Assembly: GCF_030684315.1 (NCBI RefSeq)
Contig: NC_081390.1
Location: 12,400,001 to 12,464,000, forward strand
DNA from: Stegostoma tigrinum
Taxonomy: Eukaryota
Length of the DNA: 64,000 nt
Direction of reading: 5' to 3'
A program made the translations under genes and the position numbers. Below are positions 52,440 through 64,000 of this stretch, one piece after another. The notes under the pieces are model-generated. The model made no database searches and had not been told where the DNA came from. It saw nothing but the letters and a program-made list of their open reading frames with translations. Position 1 is the stretch's first letter. The number at the start of each line of letters is the position of its first letter.

Positions 52440-52619
52440 CTGGCCTAGACCAAGGCGTCCAGATCCCCTCTCATCAGCAACAACCGACCGACAACCCACT
52501 ATGCGTACACTCATCCAGTCGGCGGACTCACCACTGCGCATGCTCAGCAACCGCCGCCGCGTTGCCCCCTCAGTGCGCGTGCGTAGTAACCGTCATCTGG
52601 CCTCCGCGCGCGTCCCTTC

Positions 52620-52843
52620 TTGACGTCTCCGTCTGGGTCCAAGCGCCCGTCGACATCAGGCCCCTTCCAAGCGTCTTCCTTGCCTCCTTACTCTCTTCCC
52701 TGCCTCTTTCTTTATGTGCAAAACTCAGGTGGAACAGAGCGGCGGAGCCTCGGGTTTTCCAGGGGGAAGTGGCGGCGCGGTTGCAATTGTTCGGAGGAGA
52801 GGGGATGTTGTTGTCTGTTTGATGTGAGTGGAGCAGCTGAAAG
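52620..52843 (+). other. tubgcp2: Probable non-coding first exon of tubgcp2 (start approximate)
   Basis: Strong donor AAG|GTGAGG at 52843/52844 inside the CpG island, with an alternative donor GAT|GTGAGT near 52824. The coding ATG lies in the next exon. Confidence 0.5.
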
Positions 52844-53640
52844 GTGAGGTTCGGCCCCGGGCAGAGAGCGGGAGGAGCGGCCTGGGCCTCTGTCTCCGTG
52901 TGCGTTGGGAAGGGGTTATATTTAAAAATGAGCGCGATCTCCCCCAGCAGGTCTGGCTGTTTGTTTTGGTAAACAGGCCGGGCTGCTGCAAGGGCCCTGA
53001 TCCGGGGAGACCAGCTTTCCGCTGCCGGTCTAAAATCAAACCGCCCTGACTGAAAAAGCTAAGGGGCATTTCCAGGCTCTTAACTCCCGATGTGCGCCTT
53101 AGGTCGACCTCCTCCTCTCGCAGCCTCTTGTATTGCCCCTAACCCGTGCAGGCTCAGTCTTGGGGTAGAATTGGAATAAACAGTTTACCTCAATCCCTCC
53201 ACAAACCGAGGGTATTAATATCTGAAGCGGGGGGAAACCACAGGGCCTCATGTTTTTATATTCCGAATACAGGTCATTGCATTACTGTATCGCATCAGGT
53301 GCGCACCCACCTCATGCGGGTTTCCCCATTTTAAAAAATTGTAACTTTGTTTTTAAATCGCTTTCCGACCCCTCAGACCTTTAGTAATAAAGACGAAGTT
53401 CTTGTACGCAAAAGCAAAATACACTGGTACCTGGACATGTAAAATAAAAATAAAATCTTTGAGCGTTCAGACCTACTGAGTTTCTCAAACATTTGCTGTC
53501 ATTTCGATTTTCAGCATTCGTAAAATTTTGCTTTTATTTATTACAAGCTTTCATGATCTCTGCACTCTGACAATTCGACCATCTTGCACTTGTGTTTTGG
53601 TTGCTTTACTATTCTTGCCTTAACCTCTATGATTTTTAAA

Positions 53641-53942
53641 GAATTCCTACAAATGTGGAAACAGGCCTTTCAGCCCAACAAGTCCACACTTCCCCTCCAA
53701 AGAGCATCCCACCCTGACGCATTCCCCTACCCCTCCATTTCCCCATATCTAACCCACCTGGACACTATGGTTAATTTAGCATGGCCAATCCACCTACCCT
53801 GCGCATCTTTGGACTATGGGAGGAAACCCATGCAGACACAGGGAGAATGTGCAAACTCCAAACAGACAGTGACCTAAGGGTGAAATTGAACCCTGGCCCC
53901 TGGCGCTGTGAAGTAGCAGTGCTAACCACTGAACCGCCCTCC
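53641..53942 (-). mobile_element. HE1-type tRNA-derived V-SINE
   Basis: Clear similarity to the 9968-10288 copy (GCATGGCCAATCCACCTA...TTGAACCCTGGCCCCTGGCGCTGTGAAGTAGCAGTGCTAACCACTGA). Confidence 0.85.
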
Positions 53943-56047
53943 CTAAATGCTGCACCTATCTGATTCTCCTAAAGCATGGCTTAAGACCTACTATTTGGAC
54001 CAGGATTTTCTTTTCCCAATCAATGACTCAGAAGCACATCATGAGGTTCCTCAAGCCTGCTCTGTTATTTGACAAGATTATGTCTGAATTAATATTAGCC
54101 TCAACTCCACTTTTATGCCAATCCCTGATTCACCTTAACTCATTTGTCAGTCAAGAATCTCTCTAACTTAGCCTTAAAAATATTCAATGATCCCAACTTC
54201 TCCACTCTGTGGCGAAGAGAATTGCACACATGACCTTTTGAGAGAAAACATTTCTCCTCATAGTTGTCTTAAGTTGGAGACCCCTTATTCTTAAAGTGTG
54301 TCCTGATCTGTCCTGAATTGCCCATTGTGTCTTGGTGTCAAAGGAATTTTTTGGACATGTTTTTGTAAAAGGCTTAGGAATGTTTTACTTTAATAAATGC
54401 TGTATGTAAGGTTGGGACCTTGCCTTATTGTAAGCAGTGCATCTGTAGCAGTTTTCTGCAACTCAAGTTGTATCAGTCCTTTCCAGCAAATTGCTTTCTA
54501 TCCTTGAATTTATGCAAATGTTGAAAACATTTATTAGAAAATACACTTTACCTGATTGTTGGATTCATAATGGATTGATGTTATTATTGATACCATAAAA
54601 TGAAGAAGAAATTTCAGTGAGGCTTTATATCATGAAGAGTTCAGTTAACACAACATGCATGATCATTGAGTTTGGGACATTATTGCAATCCCAGTAACAG
54701 TGAAATCAAGAAGGAGAGATGAAACTTGATACAAGAATTGAGAAGGAGAGTTAAAGAGCTTAGAGTGATGGAGAGAGGGAATTTAAGAGTGTAAGGGGAG
54801 GAATGGAAAAGGTAGAGAATATCAAGGCTGGAAGTTACTAGACTAGATATTGAAACAGAGAATGACCTCAAATTGTGTAAACTTAATTTTCAAGCCTGTT
54901 TCATTTATAATTACTATACTGCAGTTTATGGATTTTCAAATATTAATTTCCAGATTAGAAGATTTTAGATCTTTTTCTTTTGTTCCTTGCTTAATGTATA
55001 TCACTGCCGCTTAATTAACTTAAGTGATTGTAGCATTATTAGAGAAAATGTTTGTAGACAGAGGTAAGTTACTAAATTCAAACATCAGTGATTATTTATG
55101 TTCAAGTTCTTGCTCCTGTAACTACTAAAATATGGACTGTAGAAGCTGGTGCTCAAATATTGATCCGTAGTTGAGGATTTTGTGGTTCCAGAATAAGTAG
55201 TATCTTGCTGAGATTCGGGAAAGCTCACGGCCTACAATTTACTAATGACTTTAAGCTGTTATTTGCATGTGGTGAGTTCCCAGCCATAATTGCTAAGTTT
55301 GTAGCCAACCTACTGTATATTGTTGTCTGATTTAAGCATTCTTAGTTTCAACTCGGTGCCAATTCCTTAAGCAAAGTGCTGCCTGTCATAGCTGCAAGTA
55401 GTTTTGTTTTGTAATCTTGTGCAAAGTTAGTCTTGGCATATATAGACAACTTGTTGCCCTTTCTATTTTGTGCTTATGTACAATTTTATTTTGTGTAAAT
55501 GACAGGAGAGAATTTTAGACCTGTTCAGGCAAAATTGATTTCAGTGTAATTGAATAACATGTGCTAGATGTAAATCTATGAAATGGGTGGCCTAAACTTT
55601 TACTTTATAGTTGTGATTCCTTTCTGAAATGTCTTCTTTTTAGGAACTTTTGTTTCAATACGAGTGTAGTTTATTGTATCTCAGCTGCCATAACGCACAT
55701 TCATTTGGAATGTATGTGTTTATTGAGTTTTGAAAAAAAGTTCCTTTATTTGAAATGGGACCTTTATTTAGCACTGCACCATTTCTGAGATTCAAAAGTG
55801 CAGCTTTTGGAACACAGTCATTTGTTTCCACATTTTGTCAGATTTACCACTTTGCTAGTTTTGGTTTCTTTGTTTTAAATGTGTTCCTTGGAGGAATTAA
55901 AATTGGTCTTCAATATACTGGGCTGTAAAATGTTCTACTGAAATAAATTGTTGTAAGAGTACAGTAGATATAATGAAATTATTTAACATTTTCAGTGGAC
56001 CTTTTTCAGCAGTTTCTTACAGTTTCTTGTTAACATAGGAAAGAATC

Positions 56048-56197
56048 ATGAGTGAATTTCGAATCCATCATGATGTAAATGAACTGATCAGTTTGCTTCG
56101 TGTTCGTGGTGGTGATGGAGCTGAAGTGTACATTGATCTTCTTCAAAAAAATAGAACTCCATACGTCACAACTACTGTGTCCTCCCATAGTGCAAAG
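56048..56197 (+). CDS. tubgcp2: Gamma-tubulin complex component 2, first coding exon
   Basis: MSEFRIHHDVNELISLLRVRGGDGAEVYIDLLQKNRTPYVTTTVSSHSAK is the vertebrate GCP2 N-terminus; donor AAG|GTAATA. Confidence 0.97.
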
Positions 56198-56728
56198 GTA
56201 ATATGCCCAATGTTGATCCGCGAAGTATTTGTTTCACCTTTCTAGGAACTTGAATTGCTGTATTTAGAATACCGTTATTGTTATAATCTTGAATGCTTAC
56301 CCTGAAAACATAGTGTGAAAATGTAGCATTAGTGAAAAGAGTTTCAATAATAGTTTTCAAGTGGAAGTTGGATATGTACTTGAACGGTTAAAAAATTGCA
56401 GATCTACAGGAATAGAGCAGAGGAATGGGACTAGTTGGATAACTTTATCAAAATGTTAGCACTCGCCTGATGGGCTGATTAGTTTCCACCTGCTTCAAGA
56501 GTGAGGTGACAAGTTTGGATTTTGAGTTTGAACACTTGTGTGCAATCAATACTGAGCCAAAGTAAAGGATTGCTAAATAAAGGATGCATTGGTGCTTGGA
56601 AGGTAAAGCTAGATGTTGGGCTTCTGTAACCAAGGACAGGCTACAGGGCAGATTGAATGGGAAGGAATAGAGTAAAGCTGTGTCCACTGCTTAAAAATTG
56701 ATGCGTTTTTAATATTTTTATTTTTCAG

Positions 56729-56857
56729 GTAAAAATAGCCGAGTTTTCAAGAACTCCTGAGGAATTTCTTAGGAAGTATGATGAACTGAAATCAATAAAT
56801 GTACGGAACGTGGATCCATTGGTTTACCTGTTATCAAAGCTTACTGAAGATAAAGAG
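56729..56857 (+). CDS. tubgcp2: TUBGCP2 second coding exon
   Basis: TTTTCAG| then VKIAEFSRTPEEFLRKYDELKSINVRNVDPLVYLLSKLTEDKE, then |GTAATG; 129 nt, phase 0. Confidence 0.96.
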
Positions 56858-58814
56858 GTAATGAGGCTTGAGTATATCTTTAGTGTTTCTGAGCCAGTTT
56901 GATACGATTTGCAATAAAATTCATACCTCTTATTGCATGAACCTGCCTGCTTCCTGTTATATTGATTGATGTTATTATTGGAATCATTTGGTAAACATAG
57001 CTGTGACGTGACTTGCAGTTTTGGAATCCAGACATAAAATGCGTACACTGTTGCACTCCTCACTCTGCACTGGAGGACAGTGTGAGTGGATTGAGATTTT
57101 CTTCAAGTACCCTCTGCTTTCAAAACACGTTGACAATGAACCAGACTATTAAGTGTACTCTGTGCTGCACACTCTGTTAATTATTACAAACAATGTTCCA
57201 AAAGATCCAAAATTAATTCAGGAAGAACTGGATTATCTCTGTTAGCCTTTTTATGGTGTCAAGAATGCTGAAATTCCTTTTTTCTTGGGATGTGGGCATT
57301 GTTGCCCCACTCTCTTCCTTCCTAAGTAACGTTCCAGCTCATTTGATGAAATGTACCTGCTGGTACACCGATCTGTTTGAGAGTTGACAGCTCAGTAAAT
57401 TATGGTAGTAGGTGATTGAATGTTTCCTTCGAAATGACTGTTGATCTGAAGGTGGCGTTGAAGTGAAGAAACATAAACTTAGGAACAAATCTCCTCATGA
57501 AATAAATGGTGTAGTGGTGATGTCACAAATCCATAGGCTCAGCCTCATGCTCTGGGGTCATTGGTGCAAATGCCACTATGAGGACTGGTGAAATTTAAAT
57601 TCAATTCATCGTTCAAGAATATAAAACTAGCCTCTATAATGGTGGCTATAAAATTTATGATCCGTCGTCATAAAACTCACTTTACCTGCTAATGTGCTTT
57701 GAGGAAAGAAAATTTTCTGTCCTTGCCTAATTTGGCCTACATGTTACTTCAGACTGATAGCAGTATGGTTGATTCTTAACTCATCTCTGAAATGACCTAG
57801 CTCAGTTTGTGAGAATTTGGGATGTGCAACAAATGCCAGTATCATCAGTGGTGCCCATGTCCCAAGAAAAATTAAATTTTAACCACCTTGTTACCATCAG
57901 ATGGTTAACAGAGAAAATCCAGTTCTTGTTTAATTAATTTAGTCGTACATGGATTTGCCAAAAATGTCTGCAGATTTGCGCCTCATTTTGTGGTATGGAG
58001 ATGGCTCCCTTTGAAACACCCCATTTCATAGATGGTGCTTGTATAGTTTTTGTGGCATTGATTCAACCCAAATGTTACTTGTTTGTCTTAAAGAGAGATA
58101 TAGTGACTTGCCTTGGTTTGCCTTGACTTCTCATCAGTTCTCAGTGATGGATATTTTTACGTCACTCTGGTAAATTGATTTCAATGTTTCCACTCTTTTC
58201 AGTAAAACAGACTACAGCTGTTCAAAAGTAGATTAGGGTATCTGTAAATCAAAATTACATTGAATTTTGATGGACAAAATCCAATATTTAATTTTCAACC
58301 TTATATCATGTTTGTCTCAACTTCAATTTCTGATCATAAGGTAATACTTCTTTTATTCTATGCAACCTCATCCAGTACCATTACAGAATACTAGATTCTG
58401 TGCTCTTCATTGTCTACACTTCAAAATTTGTATCTTGTCTGAGCCCCAGTGACGACTCCTTCAGACATTGTGCTAAATAGTGATGCAGCCAAACAAGATT
58501 AAATTTAATCTAACCCAATTCTCAGCCAGATTATTGTGACATTGTTAGTTTGCTGAAGGTAGAATTTTAGTTTGGAACCACTATTTAAATTTGAGTCTGT
58601 GTCTATAGATATTATCTTGCCTGGGAAAAATTGCAACCAGAAATTTGTAAGACCAAGAGCTTGGATAAAGGCAAAATGTTTTGGTTCTGCTTTTATTTCT
58701 AGTTTTCAGTAAAAGCTGGAAAGAATCTGCAGGCCATTCAGAAATTCCCTGTAGAGCTATCTGTGCCTTTGCAACCTTTATAATTTTAATTCTATAAAAC
58801 ATTGTAATTTTTCC

Positions 58815-59013
58815 AACAACAACAAAAGTAGAAATTGCTGGAAAAGCTCAGCAGGTCTGGCAGCAAGTGTGGAGAGAAATCAGAGTTAATGTTTTGAGCC
58901 CAGTGACTCCTTCTCAGAAGTGGAGGAATTCTGACTTTTCTCCACAGATGATGCCAGACCTGTTGAGTTTTTGCAGCAATTTCTGTTTCTGATTTCCAGC
59001 ATCCACAGTTCTT
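58815..59013. mobile_element. Penelope-like short repeat, inverted pair with 13-bp TSD (tubgcp2 intron)
   Basis: TTGTAATTTTTCC at 58802-58814 and 59014-59026; inverted arms. Confidence 0.75.
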
Positions 59014-60458
59014 TTGTAATTTTTCCGCGTATGTTATACTTTATTCCAATATGATTTTTTGTATGTGGGTAAATTTTTTTTACCTAGTTTATTGGACCAT
59101 CATTTCTGGTCTCCCAACAATATTAAGTGATATGGGAATTTTATCTTTTTGTTTATCATTTTTGACAATTTGCTTTCTTCTTTCAGCCTTCTGTGAATGC
59201 TGTCTTGTATTCTCTGACTGAGTGAAGTATCATGGTCATCTGCTCCTAGGCCTGTTACTGATGCTGCCTTGAGGGCAGTTGGTAAAATGTGCGATGTAAC
59301 TTGGCCACCATTTTTTGGCTTTGCTAGACAGCATAATTGATTATGAACTTGCCACGGAAATGGTGCAGTACTGCAAATTGCACCTTGTCAATTCACAGCA
59401 CAGCATAAAATTAAAGCAAAGTAGTACAGATGTTGGAGATCTAAAATAGCAACAGTGCTAGAGAAATTCAGCAGTTGTAAAGCACAGAAGTGACTCTTGG
59501 TCTGGCAGCATCTGTTGGGACAGGAACAGGGCTAACATTTTGAGCCCAATATGCCTCTTCTTTGAAATTAAAGCGCTTTCTGTTTACATTCCATGATAAA
59601 CGTTTAATCACGAGTGTCAGCAGTGCTTAAATATTCTTATGTTTTGCCGTTATCAAGTGTGCACTAGGCAAACTCAGCACAAGTTAAGAATAAGAATTTG
59701 GAAATGCAAACTTGCATTATGTACACGCAGTTCAGTTCACAGTGAACATAAAAGTACATAAATGCAAACTTAAATTGAAGTGATTGTCCATATAGTTTAA
59801 TACAGTTCCAATGAAGGTTGTTGTCAATCTACCATCATAGGTCATTTTAATGTAGCACCATAGGTCATTTGGTACACTAATGGCCTTTAGGAAAGGAAAC
59901 TGCCATCCTTGTCTGGTCTGGCCTACATGTGACTCCAGACCCACAGCAATATGGTTGACTAATAAGTACGCTCTGGACAATTAGGGATGAACAATAAATG
60001 CGGGCCGAGGCAGTGTCGCCCTCATCACATGAACGAATAAGAAAAGTTTGGGAATAACAGTATTACTTTTAAAGTTCTGATTAAAGTTATTGAACAGGTC
60101 AGTTTTGGTTTTATCCTGTTGCTGTTTTTGACAAATGTTTGCACAGATCCAATAAAGAACGCTTTTCCTAACATTTTGTTATTGAATTGGTCTACTCCCA
60201 ATTCTGATTTGAATGTTTGTGTATTCATTACAGTTGCAAAAGAGTAAGGTTGGGGAAAAAAGCTTTTGGTAAAAATGATTAAAAGTTTCAGTAATTCAGT
60301 TTGTTAAACTTTTTTTAAAAAAAAAATTAAAAATCCTGATATCTTGCCTTGATTTTGATTAACAGTTATAACCATGAAATTGTGAGGTCTACAGATTTTT
60401 CCATAGGTATTTAACTACTGTGAGCTTAGAAACAGATTTGTCTTCTCTTTTATTACAG

Positions 60459-60635
60459 ACTCTGCAGTATTTGCAACAGAATGCTAAGGACAGAGCAGAA
60501 CATTCATCCAATGTTTTAGCTAGCAGTGGTGCAACGTTCAACATCCCAACTACGACTGCCAAACTCTCGATACAGGAACTTGAAGAACTTCGTAAACAGC
60601 TCGGTAGTGTCACTACAACTACAAATTCACAGCAG
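60459..60635 (+). CDS. tubgcp2: TUBGCP2 third coding exon (gene continues beyond window)
   Basis: TTACAG| then TLQYLQQNAKDRAEHSS...LSIQELEELRKQLGSVTTTTNSQQ, then |GTAAAG; 177 nt, phase 0. Confidence 0.95.
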
Positions 60636-61229
60636 GTAAAGAAATTGAACATCAGCTTTTTTATTTAAGCAATCTTTGATATTCTTGTGTATACTGGAGA
60701 TACAAAGTCTTCTGAGTAACAAAAATTGAACATTGGGATGTGATAAATCTGAATTTACCTTATTCATAAGTTTTTTCAGTCCCAATTTGTGGTGTTCAGT
60801 CTTATTTATTAAAAAGATGTAAACTCATTTTCACAGTGGATTAAAGTGCACTGGTAATGTAGAATATTACCGTGAGGTAATATTCCAGATTAATTTTTAA
60901 AAATTCAGGGCATGTGGATAGGTGTACAGCAGGTATCGTATCTAGGCTTGGGCGAGTAACAGGAAGTTCCAGAATTTTTGATTCAGTGATAATGAAGGAA
61001 CAGCAGTATCATGTCAGGATCATGAGTGGCTTGAAGGAAAACTTGCAGGTGATGTTGCTTCCATGTATCTGCTACCCTTGTTCTTCCAGAAGTTAGTAGT
61101 TGTGGGTTTGCAAGGTGCGGTCGATGGAATCTTGGTGAATTTCTACAGTGCATCTTGTAAATGGTAACACTGCTGCGTCAGTGATAGAAGGAACGGATTT
61201 GGTACGAGTCAAGCAGGCTCCTTTGTTCC

Positions 61230-62190
61230 CTTCCTCTTCCCTTACCGTCTGGGCCGCTCCTGGGCTGATCCGGCAAACAATGCCTCTGGCCTAGGACAGA
61301 ACTAGGCTTGGCTTACAGATCTGCTCCTGGCAATGCTCTCTGTGACTGAACCCTTCACTGCAGGCTACCTTTAGGCTGCCTGGATATCACTCAGCTTCTC
61401 CTCCTGCTCTTTAACTTGTTTCCACCTCAGCGATTGCCCTGTTTCAGTGTCTGTTTATTTGCCTTGGGTTCTGTAACCTGACATTGCAGGTAATCAATCT
61501 GATTCCTGTACCATTCCTCCAGTCTTGCCCCTCTCGCTGCAGGTCTGGATGCAGCATTTCCCCAGTCCTGCTCCCTTCCTCTGCATCTCTTAACGCTGCC
61601 TTCAGTTCCCTGACTTTCCTGACCAGCACCTGAACCTGTTGCTGGAGACAGAAGCTCCAGATTGCCTTCCTTATGGAGTGCTCATGCTCCTGGCTCTCAG
61701 TTAATTGGGCTGCTGCTTCTGCTGGATGTTCTGCTCTCAAAAGATCCAGGATCCATTTATTACATATATTCACTTTTTTGAACACATAGGAGGAGATTGT
61801 CTCGTCCATCAGAGACTTTGCTTCTGTAACACCTCCTACAGCATTGAATTCCTTCTGTCATTGTTCTGCTGTGGGTCCATTCTGTAGGGATTCTGGTTTG
61901 TGATCAGTAATCTGCTGATTTTTAGGTGGTTCAAATCACCCCCAGATCCTTGGCCCTGACACTGGACTTAATTGAGGAATGTGAAGAAGGCTATAGGCAG
62001 GTGTTTCAGGGCAAAGAATCTCTGCATCTATAAAACCACAAGAAATAAAAAGGCGAATAATAAACAGGGAAATAAACAAAGGTGAATAAAAATACAAGAG
62101 TTAAAAAGGCAAATTCAAAACATTAAAACTGACACTATCAGTTATTAACACGGGCTAATTACTATCAGAAACTAAACAGTAGTTTCAGCA
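61230..62190 (-). mobile_element. Probable LINE 5' region / ORF1 remnant
   Basis: ORF 61444-61809 has a Cys plus leucine-zipper-like segment (CLQQQVQVLVRKVRELKAAL), as in CR1 ORF1 N-termini. Confidence 0.35.
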
Positions 62191-62904
62191 TAACAAAGTG
62201 TGAAGCTGGATGAACACAGCTGGCCAAGCAGCATCTCAGGAGCACAAAAGCACACATTTTAATCAGACTTCCTGACGTTAGGGCTCCCTGCACTGTTACC
62301 AATCCACCTTCCCCTCCCTACTAGCTAGGTTGGATGCTTTGGGTCTCAAAGGAAATAGGCTCACTGCTCGGAATAAACACAGTTTTGAAATACAGTTGAC
62401 TGTTCCCACTTGCTGTAGCCGGTGCTACACTGAAGATTTCGGGCAGTGTTCAATCTGGTTTGAGAACCTGGGTTTTCTTTCTTTGTGGTGGTTTTATGAA
62501 CTGGTTTTCACCTCAGGATGTGTTGGAGGCCTTGTCAATCATTTTGGTAGTTTTCGGAGGTCATCGGCGTCAGATCTGCTGGTCGTGATCAGTTGCCGTT
62601 GGTTTCCCTGGTACGGAACAGCCCTGTGTTGGTAAGTTTCAGGGGGATAGCTGTGCAGAAAGTTCTCGGCAAGAGTAGTTGCCTGGGATCCCTCTTCTGC
62701 TGGTATATGTAGGGTTGGCTCTCTCTCCCCGAGATCACGGCCAGCAGGTATACAGACTGTGTGCGCCGTTATCACCTTGCAAATCTGTGTTATCCGTTGT
62801 CTTTCTGTGGTCCCTTTTGTGGTGAATTGGCTTCCTGATAGTTTAGAGTAGATGTAAATATGTTTTGGTTAAATGGAATGTCCAATATTTCTGTGAATGA
62901 ATAT

Positions 62905-64000
62905 TAGACTATAAGACATAGGAGTGGAAGTAAGGCCATTCGGCCCAACAAGTCCACTCCGCCATTTAAATCATGGCTGATGGGCATTTCAACTCCACTT
63001 CCCTCCACTCACCCTGTAGCCCTTGATTCCTTGTGAGATCAAGAATTTGTCAATCTCTGCCTTGAAGGCATCCAACGTCCCGGCCTCCACTGCACTCTGT
63101 GGCAATGAATTCCACAAGCCCACCACTCTCTGGCTGAAGAAATGTTGTCTCATTTCAGTTTTAAATTTACCCCCCCTCTAATTTTAAGGCTGTGCCCACG
63201 GGTCCTAGTCTCCCCGCCCAACAGAAACAACTTCCCAGCATCCACCCCTTTGAAGCCGTACATTATCTTGTAAGTTTCTATTAGATCTCCCCTCAACCTT
63301 CTAAACTCCAATGAGTACAATCCCAGGATCCTTAGCCGTTCATCATACGTTAAACCTACCACTCCAGGGATCATCCGTGTGAGTCTCCACTGGACACGCT
63401 CCAGGGCTAGTATGTCCTTCCTGAGGTGTAGGGCCCAAAATGGGACACAGTATTCTAAATGGGGCCTAACTAGAGATTTATAAAGCCTCAGAAGCACATC
63501 GCTGCTTTTATATTCCAACCCTCTTGAGATAAGTGACAACATTACATTTGCTTTCTTAATCACAGTCTCTACCTGCAAGTTAACCTTGAGAGAATCCCAA
63601 AGCGTAAAACATCACATTTACTCACATTGAATTTCATCAGCCATTTCCTGGACCACTCTCCTAATCTTTCTGCAGCTTCCCCACCTCCTCAGTACTACCT
63701 GCCAGTCCCCCTATCTTCGTATCATTGGCAAACTTCGCCAGAATGCCTCTGGTCCCTTCATCCAGATCATTAATATACAAGGTGAACAGCTGCGGCCCAA
63801 CACTGAACTCTGCGGGACTCCACTCGTCACCGGTTGCCATTCTGAAAAAGAGCCTTTATCCCAACTCTCTGCCTTCTGTCAGACAGCCAATCCTTAATCC
63901 AAGCCAGTAGCTCACCTCGAACACCATGGGCCCTCACCTTGCTCAGCAGCTTCCCATAAGGCACCATATCAAAGGCCTTTTGGAAATCTAGATAGATAAC
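62905..64000 (-). mobile_element. Relatively young CR1-type LINE, RT and 3' end (runs off window)
   Basis: ORF 63150-63578 KKANVML..ISRGLEYKS..LYKSLVRPHLEYCV.FW..LRGDLIETYKI; YLDFQKAFD motif at the window end. Confidence 0.92.

Larger units (their letters stand above)
52290..53150. promoter_or_regulatory. CpG island and bidirectional promoter of znf511 and tubgcp2
   Basis: GC- and CpG-dense region between divergently oriented genes. NRF1-like TGCGCATGCTCA (52535-52546) and TGCGCGTGCGTA (52574-52585); CRE-like TGACGTCT (52621). Confidence 0.8.

Noticed and set aside
52232-52822. 196-aa + strand ORF
   Set aside because: It is antisense to znf511 exon 1 across a GC-rich CpG island where stop codons are rare, and it shows no protein similarity.
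56722-56734. CAG|GTAAAA resembling a recursive splice site
   Set aside because: GTA AAA is the conserved Val-Lys start of the exon, and the upstream intron is only ~530 nt.

Overview
This is vertebrate genomic DNA, almost certainly from a cartilaginous fish (shark), judged from its HE1/V-SINE, Deu-domain SINE and CR1/HER1-type LINE repeats; the species is not determined. Three genes are supported by translation and splice-phase consistency. (1) A complete two-exon Msx homeobox gene (+, 33138-37353, 274 aa), most likely msx3 by synteny. (2) A six-exon znf511 (-, ~52439-44630) whose first coding exon has no in-frame ATG in this assembly. (3) The first three coding exons of tubgcp2 (+, from 56048), head-to-head with znf511 at a shared CpG-island promoter. 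The first ~27 kb is mostly decayed and nested retroelements. A ~13 kb CpG-retaining domain (~27.1-40.3 kb) surrounds the Msx gene. The most notable non-genic signal is a dispersed short repeat family (about 15 copies), often in inverted pairs with 9-13 bp target-site duplications. Its inner end carries a minimal hammerhead-ribozyme motif (CUGANGA-A-stem II-GAAA-palindromic stem III-NUH) of the kind known from Penelope-like retroelements. All coordinates were counted by hand, and repeat boundaries are approximate.
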